From Lama glama (lineage: Eukaryota), in the NCBI GenBank assembly GCA_028534125.1, contig CM052816.1:9426001-9490000 (forward strand): 64,000 nucleotides of DNA, written 5' to 3'. A program made the translations under genes and the position numbers. The notes beneath the pieces were generated by a model. It had not been told where the DNA came from and did no database searches. It saw only the letters and a list, made by a program, of their open reading frames with translations. Shown here piece after piece: positions 54,300 to 64,000 of the stretch (the stretch's first letter is position 1; each line of letters begins with the position of its first letter).

Positions 54300-54780
54300 C
54301 ATCACTTGGAGGCATTGAGGGAAATTGGTAAGAGTGAAAAGCTTAAAAGAGAGATCAAAATATCAATGGCCTTGAATTTCATCTTAGGTTTTGGGTTTTA
54401 TTTTGAATGCAATAGAGGGGCCATAGCGATTTTTAAGCAGAAAAGTGACATAATTAGATTTTAATTTTAGAAAGATCAGTCTGGCTGCAGTATAGATTAT
54501 GATTTAGAGGAGGTCAGATCTTGTGGCTGAGGGAGTAACTAGGAGACATATTTCAAATGTGAGATTAAAAAAATTAATTAGCTGCGTTAGAGGTGGAGGA
54601 AAGATGCATTCCAGAAAAAACAGAGAGACAAAAGTTATAGGACTCAGTTTTTGGATGAGGGAGTAAAGAAATGTGAGGCATTAAGGTGATTCTGTATTCC
54701 TTTCTTAGACAGTTTACTGGAATAAAATCAGAAGGAAGAGTATATTTGGGAGCAAATGATAAGAAGTCCCATTTTGTAAT
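54300..54780 (-). mobile_element. L2 fragment
   Basis: 'ttttaagcagaaaagtgacataattagattttaattttagaaagatcagtctggctgcag'. Confidence 0.75.
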
Positions 54781-54859
54781 ATAGATACAGGATTCAAATT
54801 TCTACTACTTTAGTAGTCTGAGAGCTATCAAACCAAGAAAATATTATAAAATTGGACCT

Positions 54860-57530
54860 GGAAGACCTCTCACAGAAAAGGCCCCACCAAAGATGAATTC
54901 AGTCCAAAACTGCAAAATATGTGAGAGAAAAAATTGCTTTCAGTGAGTGTCAGCAGACCCTTAGTCAACAGGATTTTAACTTAGAGAACTTGAGATAGTA
55001 GACCAACTTGATAGAAACTACAAAATAATTGTTTACAGTGAATAAAGCCATGAAAGAAAGAGTCAAAACCATGAGAGAGTCAAAAGACACTATAATAAAG
55101 AATAAGCCAATGTAACCTAATAGAACTTCCAAAAAGAAAAATACAGTAACTGAAATTTAAACCCTTCAAAATAAGATTAAATGTGAGATAAACTACAGCC
55201 AGAGAAGGAATTAACGAACTGAAAGACAGAACTGAGATCGTTAGCCCAGGTGCAGCACAGAGCGACTCTCTGAAAGTTTAAAAGACATGGAAAACAGAGG
55301 GAAAATTAAATATATTAATACAAATTAATACACAATAGGGACACAAAGAAGTGAATGGATGAATGGGAGAGAGGCAATATTTAAAGAAATTATGGCTGGA
55401 ATATTTCCAGAATTGATAAAGGAGATGAATATTAATGTGTAGGCATCACAATGAGTCCTAACGGGAATAAATGAAAAGTAAATCCATTTATAAGCACATT
55501 CTGGTGAAGCTGCACAACACTGAAGACACATAGGAGAAGGAGACTAAAAATTACCAGAGCAAAGAATAAGTTTATCTGTCGAGCAGCAGCAAACTTTTAG
55601 CAACAATAGAGGCCAGGAGACAAGGGACTATTGTCTTCAAAGAGCTGAGAGGAAATAATTATTAATTTAGTCATCTGTATGGAGTAAAAAAATCTTTCAA
55701 TATTAATTTTGAAACAAAAGTACCTCAGACAAGACTGAGATCAAGTATGTATCAGTCTGTCACGTAAGTATTAAGGGTGGAATTTAGGAAGAAATAAATT
55801 GAACCAGAAAGTAAAAATACAATGCAAAAATCAATATTAAGCAAAGAATTTGATGAACATGTGGAAAATGCTAAGCAAGTATTTGTTCCGCTGTTCAGTT
55901 AAAATAAAATAAAATAAAAATAGTATTAATGATTTGCTGAGATTAAAAATAAGGTGGAACTAAAATCTTGAGGAAAATAGTATTTTAGTTTGGAGGGGTA
56001 TTACAAAGACCTAGTATGCTATTAGAGTAGGAAAGTTATCTTTAATGAGACACAAAAATTATAACCCAGTAATAAAAAATTGCTATTTTTAAAAATTGAA
56101 GTACAGTTGCTGTACTGTATTATATAAGTTACAGGTATATAATATAGTGATTCATAATTTTTAAAGGTTACATTCCATTTGTAGTTATTATAAAATATTG
56201 GCTATGTTCCCCAGATTGTACAATATATCTTTGTAACTTATTTTATACCTAATAGTTTGTACCTCTTAAAACCCTACCCCTGTATTGTCTCTCCCTCCTT
56301 CCCTCTCCCCTCTGATAACCACTAGTTTGTCCTCTACATCGGTGAGTCTGCTTTTTGTTGTTATATTCACTAGTTTATTGTATTTTTTAGATTCCACATA
56401 TAGGTGATACCATACAGTATTTGTCTTTCACTGTCTGACTTATTCACTTAGCATAATGTCCTCCAAGTCTATCCATGTTGCTGTAAATGGCAAATTTTTA
56501 TTTTTGTGGCTGAGTAGTATTCCATTGTGTGTGTGTGTGTGTGTGTGTGTATACATACCACATCTTCTTCATGCATTTATCTGCTGGTGGACACTTAGGT
56601 TGCTTCCATAAAAAGTTTGCTGTGTTTGACTACATTAAAATTAAAGCTTCTATATGGCAAATATACCAAAACAATGTTTAAAAAACAAGCTCAACTAGAG
56701 AAATTTGTAAACCATGTAACCAACAAAGTATTAGTACCCAGAATATAGAGTCCCTACCAAACAATAAGAGAAAAAACAAACAACCCAACCAGAAAATGAG
56801 AACAAGACATTTTTTTTGAAGAAGAAAACTGAATAACCAGTAAATATATGGAAGGCTGCATGATCACACAAGAAAGCAGGGAAATGCTTGCTATCACACA
56901 TGAGATACCATTTGATACCTATCATATTTTTGCAAATCAGAAAGTCAGAGATACCAAGTGTTGACAGAATGTAGAGAAACAAGAACTTTTATTCATGGGA
57001 GGATGAAAAAATATAGTTATTTGGAAGATCCATTTGGCATAATTGTCATCTATGTATTTTGGGAAATATTGGTATGACTATTTTGGAGAGCAGTAGAAGA
57101 AAGGAGCACACATGCAGTAACTCAGTGATTCCCCTTCTAGGCTTCCTCCCTAGAGAAACTGTTGAATTGTGCACAAGGATGTTTACAGCAGTTTGCTTAT
57201 GATAGTAAGATGATGGAAATGAATCATCTGTCCCTCAAAGGAGAATGAATAGATAGATTGTGGTTTATTTATATGCTGAGGTACCAATTAAGATTTATTA
57301 ATTCAGTCTGTATGAATGCTGCAGATAAGTCTCCAAAGCATGATGCTGAATAAAAGCAAATACAATCAGCATGACCCCATTATTCATATAGGCATAAAAT
57401 GTACAAAAACATAAAAAAATTTTTCTTCTATCTATGCATGTATATAATAAAAAGACTAAAACATACCAGTGAATGATATACAGTGACTTTTAGTGTACTA
57501 GTAATTTCTGGGGAGGGAGGGGGGAAGGAA
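54860..57530 (+). mobile_element. Ancient L1M (ORF1 remnant plus 3' region) with a nested younger L1
   Basis: ORF1-like EAIFKEIMAGIFPELIK at ~55371; ORF2-end/3'UTR-like 'atgagataccattt', 'ataccaagtgttgacagaatgtagagaaac'. Confidence 0.75.
56087..56607 (-). mobile_element. Younger 5'-truncated L1 3' end nested in the older L1; contains (TG)12 at 56526-56550
   Basis: 'ttagattccacatataggtgataccatacagtatttgtctttc...tgacttattcacttagcataatg'; degenerate TSD ATAAAAAATTGCTAT / ATAAAAAGTTTGCTGT. Confidence 0.85.
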
Positions 57531-59639
57531 CGGAGGCTTTAGCCATTCCTGGTTTTCCCCATCATCAAAGTCCAGCACTGTCCTGGAATTTAACCTACAG
57601 TCATCTGTACTAGAACCCTGCCGTCACACTTGCTCCTGGACCGGAGAGCTTTTCTCCAGTAAAAGACTGGGTGCTCAGGCCTGAGTGTCAGGTCATTTCG
57701 TCTTTGTTTTCTTAACTCAATATATTATTTTCTTTACTTTTGCAATTTAAAATTGTTAAAAAAATTTAAAGAAGCTCTTAATAACGCCAATGATTGTTTA
57801 CGATGGTTAGATAAGATAGATGCTGAGAGACATCTGTTGGTCTTAAAGTCACAGAGCTGACTGCTGGTTTAGCAAGGAAACCCAGAGCTGGTTGGTGGCA
57901 GAAGAAGAGCCAGCTTTGACTCTTAGGAGTCTTTTTGTTGTTGTTGTTGTTTTTTTTTAAATCTCTTGCATCTGATCACACCGCTTCCTTTTGTGGTTAA
58001 AATTACTTCAAAGGTCCCTAAATCTGGTTAGAAGGGTTAAAAGGGTTAGAAGGGCAGCAGGAAGAGGGTGATAGTGAAGAGGGCGAGGTAGGAAAAGCCC
58101 AGGGTGGTCATCCCCCTGCAGAGGCTGGTGTGGCCAGCAGAGGAAGTGTAGGGGTCTGGGGGAGCTGCCAGTACAACTGGCGAGGCACCTTCTATGTACA
58201 GCTTTGATATCTGCTGAGAAGTTTTGAGTCTGAGTTGCTGCCTCTCACTTCTTGGTAGCACCTGCCCTAAAGTCCGGGTGGGAGGAGGCACAAGAAAAGA
58301 GAAGAGAATTCTGCAGCCCGAGTTTCCCTCTGTTCCAGACTGCCTTGTTTCTTCAGAGATTTCATTAAAGGAACATCATTCTCTCCCACAGTTTGGATCC
58401 CCACACAACCTGCATGGGAAGAGTAAACAGTAATTAGTTATATAAAGTGACAGAAAAGATACAGAGACAAATTAGTGAAGGAGGATGAAGGCACAAATGT
58501 ATCATTATGCGGGAGGAGGAAGCGTCCTACCTTTTAGAGTGCTGCTGGGAGGAAAAGCCTGAAAAAGGTGGGCTCAGCCCAGGCAGAATCTTGATGATGT
58601 TCTGAAAACCTGCCCCCCCATCACCCAGATTCCTCCCACCCCCAGGACCACAAAGCATCCCTGCCCTGTACCAGACCGGTTTGGTGTGATGTAATAAGCA
58701 AATCTGAGTTCCCCTCTCCGATCTGCCACTACCTTGCTCTGTGATTTAAACTTGCCATCTGCCTTTCTAAGCTTTACTTTCTTGATTCTCAAATGAAAGA
58801 AGTAGAACCAGACCACTTGTACATTTTTTCTACCTCTGATATCCTGTGCAACTATAAACATCTTTAAGATACTGCTCTCCATGCCGCAAAATTAGCCTTG
58901 GATCCGTCACTCATGGTCAAGTGTAATCTACTGCTAACAGCTGGACAAATTACATTTTAGCCCTAATACCAAGATGGCAAACTCAGATGTCTTCAGGGAC
59001 AAGGGAGGTAATATAAATTTCTGAAGCAGGCAGGTGTGACATAATAGGGGGCAGTGCGGGTGTTGGGGAACTGGAGAGTGTCTGCTTACCCAAAGGCATT
59101 CACGTGCAAATGTTTCATAATCACCGTGCTGAACAAACAAAAATCTTCTGGGGCTGGATTTGGGCCAAGAGCTACTAGTATGCAGCCCCTGATAAAAGAA
59201 AGGGAAAACCTGTGATGGAATTTCAGGCGTTGATCACAAGAGGTTTAGGAGGGTTAGGAGCAGCAGGGAGTGAAGAGATGAGAGAGGTAAGGGAATATTA
59301 TAGTCAATCATCATCTGCTATCTCATCCAGCATTCATCTAACTTTTTATAGACAGGTAGCCTGTTAGAGCTTTCACCCCCAACCTCACCCCCTATACACA
59401 TTGGTTGAATTCAGTCAATTGGGTCTTGATGCGAGTCCTAGGCTTCACTTTGCTCCTGTTTCATACGAAGGGGTTGGAGTAGCATTGTTCCAAGGTCTCT
59501 TCCATATCTTACATTCTGTAAAGCTGAATATGAAATGGCTTCAGGATTCATTCATTCAACATAAATTGCCAAGCATAGCTCACAATTATTCATCAAATGA
59601 AGATTGCCTTAAGAGCCCAGAATTCTAGAGCTGAAATTC

Positions 59640-60365
59640 AGTGTTCATTTGACAGATGTTTATTGGGTACCAATTCTGGGTTCTAGGCATTGTTCTGGCT
59701 TCTGGGATGCAGTTGTGGGCAAGGCAGACAAGAGCTCTGTTCTTACACAGACTAGCAAGAAGCATGTGAGAAAAAAAAATAGTAAGATAATTTCAGCAAA
59801 AAAGTGGCATTCAAATTGAGACCTAAATAATGAAAGAATGTCATCCAAATAAAACTAGGAAGGAAGAACAACCAGAGGGGACAGACAGTGTAAAAGTCCT
59901 AAAACAGGAACAGATTTGCCACGTTTGAGGAAATACCATACTTAGTGGTGCCCAGAGAGAAAGAGAGAGGGTGGCAGGAAATGAAGGGACTCTAGGGAAA
60001 ATGTTTTCTGTCATCGTGGTAGACGGCAAAGCATGCCTTGTGGTGGTAGACAGACATTTAAATTCAGGAGTATCTGGATGTGGACAAAACACACAAGAGG
60101 AGTCAGCAGGCTGAAGTTCAGCTCCAACATCTGCCACTGACTGCTGTGTGATCTAGGGCAGTCTGTAAGTCACTTCACCTCTTTGGGCTGCAGTTTCCTC
60201 ATCTGTAATATGAAATGACCCTGACAAACACACTTTAAGGAATGCCCTCACTAGAATATAAACACTGCGAGAACAGGAATCTTATTTCACTTATTTGCTG
60301 ATACATCTGCAATGACTAGGACAGTGCTGCACATACATTTGGCACTCAATAAATGCTTGGTTAAA
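59640..60365. mobile_element. L2 / MIR / L2-tail cluster
   Basis: 'cagatgtttattgggtacc...gcattgttctgg', 'gcagtttcctcatctgtaatatg', 'ggcactcaataaatgcttgg'. Confidence 0.75.
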
Positions 60366-60829
60366 CCTTGAGCAAGCTTTCTAGCTTTAGCATTCTAGGA
60401 TTCTGAGGCAATCTTTGATGAATATTTATTTGTCTTGTGTAGATAATTTATGCCTTCCACAGCCAATCTCTATATAAAGTTGTGAGGGTAGTACGTGTTG
60501 TTTGCTGAGCAATTAGATCGACTCTGCATATATCCCCTGGTGATACACTGGATAATAATAAAAATAGTCTCAAAGAAAAATTCCTGGATTTAACCAGGCT
60601 ACCACATACTGAGGGCTTGCAACGTGTCAGATACCCTTATAAGTACTTCATGTGCATTGTTTTATTTAACCTTAAAATAATCCTCTGAGTGGGGAAATCT
60701 GACATTCAGAGAAGTTAGGTAACTTTCTCAGTGTCAGGCAGATATCCAGGACCCAAACCCGGGTCTGTTTCAGAAAGAGCCTTTAGCCACTGTAACATAC
60801 TGCTTTCTGAATTGTTGTTTCTCATCCTG

Positions 60830-61225
60830 AATAAAAATACAAGTAATTGAGGGCTGGTAAAGGAGGTCACGCATATCAAGGATCCATGCTCCTTCTGGCT
60901 TTCTATTTTGTTGTCCCTTGTGTATGGCTGCTATAGCCCCAGGCATCACATTCAAGTTTAGGAGGAAGGGAGGGGAAAAAAGAGGAAGGGATGGTGCCAG
61001 CAGGTGTTCATCTTTCTACTCAGGAAAGCAAAAGCTTTCCTTAACCCTCTAGCCAACTTCTGCTTATTGGCTAAAATTGTGTCTTGTCACCCCTGGCAGC
61101 AGGGGAGATTGGAAAAGAGAGCAGCTTGACGGAGCTGGGCATAGTGGTGCGCCCAAGCAAAACTGAGGCTCTGCCACCCAGGAGGAAGGAGAGCATGGCC
61201 ACTGGGAAGCTAGTTGTCAGTGCCT
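60830..61225. mobile_element. MaLR LTR (MLT1K/L-like)
   Basis: 'tatggctgctatagccccaggcatcacattc', 'ttctgcttattggctaaaattgtgtc', 'ccaagcaaaactgaggctctg'. Confidence 0.65.
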
Positions 61226-62084
61226 TTGTTTCATGTGTAGAACAGCCTGGCCACTGAATTGTCATGGAGAATCTCCGCTTGCTCACGAGTGCTTTTAAGA
61301 CCTAGTAAGCTGTTTTCCCTTGAAAATAGTTTATTTGGGATTTTAAATACAAACACATACAGAATGAAAGAAGCTCATCACTAAGCAGAGCTTTGGAAGG
61401 TGAGGTATAAACCAGATGCCAGGAGGGGTCATGTCATTGGAAAGGGCACAGCCCTCGGTGAGTGGGCTTCTGCTGCACATCTGAGTCCTGGTTCTGCCTC
61501 TGCCTCATGATTTTAAGAAAATCCTTTCCTCAGTTTTCCCATCAGTAAAATGAAGAGTTTGAATCAGATGAAATCTAAAGCTTCTTTGAGTACCACCCTT
61601 TGCTGACCTTATTTATGTCTATTACGGATTGACATTTGAAAAGAATGAAGGGTGTTAGTTTAATAGGCACAAAATGTTTTACATACTGTTGTAAGATGTG
61701 TGATAGCTTTTGAATACCACTTGTCTCTACTGGAAGTTAGGTAAAAGGGGGTGAAAAGCTTTAAAATAAATAACAGGTACAATTAGATAAAGGAAGTTGT
61801 ATAACCAGGAAACAAAGATCAAATGTAAATGCCAAAAGGGCTGCTTTTTGCACTTGCCAATGCAAATTCCACCATCAAGTTGGTGTTATGAACTGGAAGC
61901 TTCTGGATTCTGATGTGGTCCGTCCTAGGACTAGAGTATCAACAGCAGCTCTCCCTAGGGTATTAAAGACGAGGCCAAAAAAAAAAAATGAGCTAGCATC
62001 TTCCCTGGGAACAGCAGCCTCTCAGAAGCACCTTGCAAAGTGCTCACTGTCTCCGTGGTCTTTGCCTGGCTTGTGTGAGGAGTG

Positions 62085-62121
62085 GGTGCTACTGTAGGTG
62101 CTACAGTAGGTGCTACTGTAG
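62085..62121. repeat. 3 x 12-bp tandem repeat GGTGCTAC(T/A)GTA
   Basis: GGTGCTACTGTA GGTGCTACAGTA GGTGCTACTGTA G read directly. Confidence 0.92.
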
Positions 62122-62567
62122 ACCTTTGGGGTTCTCTTTTCTAATATAAAAATGATGGTGATAATGATGATTGTGGCAGTAGTGGTGGTGGTGGCGGCAG
62201 CTTTGTGAGCGCTCGTAGTATGTGCCAGAGCCCTTGATAACTGCTTTATAGGTATTATCTGTCATCCTCAATTTCTTCATCTATGAAATGTGGTGATAGT
62301 AGTCTGCCTCATTCTTTCATAGAATGAATAGCTATTAGGGATCTAGTCAGCAGCAGCCACCCAAGGAGATTCTGTGGTAGGCTCCTTTCAAAAGGGCTGC
62401 TTGGAAGATGAAATGAAATGATTTGAAAACAGAGAGCCTCATCCTGAGCTGAGTCAGTACTTGGAAGCTTTTGTCATTGCTTCTTTGTATCCAACTAGCT
62501 TCTTCTGTGTAATGAGCACCCTTGTCCCCACTGTATGCTCGAAGCTCACGGGGTCAAAGTGACTCGT

Positions 62568-63165
62568 TGTGAGCATCAGACTCGGAGGTGCCCCTCAAGT
62601 TTTCCTGCTGCCTGGAGCACACGCTCCTTCTCCTATGTACCCAGTGGAACGATTATCCAGGTACTGCTGTGAAGGGATTTTGCAGATGAAATTAAGGTCC
62701 CAAATCAGCAAAAATAGGGAGTTTATTCAGGTTGGCCTGACCCAATCACATGAGCCCTTTAAGTCTAGGTCTAGAGGTAAAAGTCAGGGGAGTCAGAGAG
62801 GGAGTTGGTGTGAGGGAAAAGCCCTGCTGGCTTTGAAGATGGAGAAGGCACCATGGCACAGATGTGGGAAATCCCTAGGTGCTGAGAGCGGCCCCAGCGG
62901 ACAGCAGCGAGGAAGGTGGGCCTCAATCCTTCGACCGTAAGGATCTGAATCCTGCCAGCAACCATGTGAGCTCAAATGAGGACTCCGAGCTCCGACGAAA
63001 CCCTGATCTGCCTGCATCTTGGTTTCAGCCTGTGAGATCCTGAACAGGGAACTCAGTCACACTGTGCTCAGACTTTTGACCTACAGAACTGTGAGCTAAA
63101 GAATGAATTTTGTTTTAGGCCTTTGAGTGTGAGATAATTGGTTACTGAGCCGTAGAAGATGGGTG
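62568..63165 (+). mobile_element. MaLR LTR (MLT1D/E/F-like), near full length
   Basis: 'gggattttgcagatgaaattaaggtc', 'ctgctggctttgaagatgga', 'ttggtttcagcctgtgagatcctga', 'tgacctacagaactgtgag'. Confidence 0.85.
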
Positions 63166-63840
63166 TGCTTACCTTGGGGCACATGACTAGACTGTAGCTG
63201 AGCTAGGATTTGAATTCAGGCCTGGCTAACTCTAAAGCTTTTGCTCTGAATCTCTCTCACACTGGGGAATTATGCAAACTCCAAATTTCATATTAGGCAA
63301 GAAATAGACCTAGATATTTTAAATTACTAAGTGCAAGTTTAAAATGCAAGCAAATGATGTGATGGATTTGCAGTAAATGCTGAGAACTATGAGGAAAATA
63401 AATTGCCTGAAAGTTACATATTCTATGCGTAACTCAACTTGAAATGTTATTAAAGTGAGTGTGAGAAAGGAAAGTTGGCCATGCCCCCAGGCTTAATTTA
63501 AAGAAAGAATGGTGACATACAAATACGTAAGTGTATTTCTCCAGTTGCCAGGTTAACTTGGCAGGATCTGACAGCTATGAGTGAGCTGAAGAAATTCTCC
63601 TGTAAGAAAAGAATGCCCGGAATTTGGACAAATAGAACGTGGTGTGCAGGAACCCGAAGACTGGACATTGCCAGGGGTTCTGCAATGTTTTGAAGGGCAA
63701 CTAATTCCCAAAAGTTAGCACAATTAGCAGAGGTGGGCAAAGGAACAGCATGATTCTTCAATGGAGTGGCCACGAATTGGTCTTGATGTAAGGATGCCAT
63801 CACAAGAACCTTCCCCATTAAGGCATAGACTGTGGCTATA

Positions 63841-63862
63841 AATAATAATGATGATGATAATG

Positions 63863-63892
<30 letters not shown>
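63841..63892. repeat. (AAT/GAT)n microsatellite at a MIR tail
   Basis: 'aataataatgatgatgataatgataataataataataataataataataa'. Confidence 0.95.
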
Positions 63893-63893
<1 letters not shown>

Positions 63894-64000
63894 GGCTCCC
63901 CATGTGCCAGACACTGCTCGAAGTGCTTTATATGAATTGCATCATCTAATCCTCAAGCAATCCTAAGAAGCTGGTACTTGTGATTACCTCTGTTTTAAAG
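63893..64000 (-). mobile_element. MIR SINE (runs off the window end)
   Basis: 'catgtgccagacactgctcgaagtgctttatatgaattgcatcatctaatcctca'. Confidence 0.8.

Noticed and set aside
63491..63532. Possible 36-nt exon ending TAC|GTAAGT, or alternative start MVTYKY
   Set aside because: Poor pyrimidine tract. In the HTR4 frame it hits TGA, and the ATG at 63509 ends in phase 0, incompatible with the phase-2 next exon.
63498..63914. 138-aa minus-strand ORF with a signal-peptide-like poly-Leu
   Set aside because: The start lies in a MIR and the Leu/Ser run is the translated (TTA/TCA)n microsatellite; no recognisable homology.

Overview
Mammalian genomic DNA, most likely a camelid (two vic-1-like tRNA-derived SINEs; no Alu, Bov-tA or PRE-1 seen). 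The window covers the 5' end of HTR4 (serotonin 5-HT4 receptor) on the + strand. It holds ~9.7 kb of upstream DNA, a CpG-island promoter with non-coding exon 1 (donor after 10192) and a 16.6-kb intron 1. The 73-nt exon 2 (26773-26845) carries the start codon and MDELDANV-S, and the first ~37 kb of a very long intron 2 follows; exon 3 was not found in the window. The rest is mostly interspersed repeats (L1, L2, MIR, MaLR/ERVL LTRs, hAT and Tigger MITEs), microsatellites and two assembly gaps. I found no novel multi-gene system, and none of the listed long ORFs looks like a real gene. The most notable observations are HTR4 5' leader architecture (an overlapping uORF, extra donors in the CpG island, an alternative acceptor), candidate RFX/Maf-CNC and CTCF sites, a young TSD-flanked L1 near the promoter and a doubly internally deleted L1. 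Repeat family names come from recall of consensus sequences, and their boundaries are approximate.
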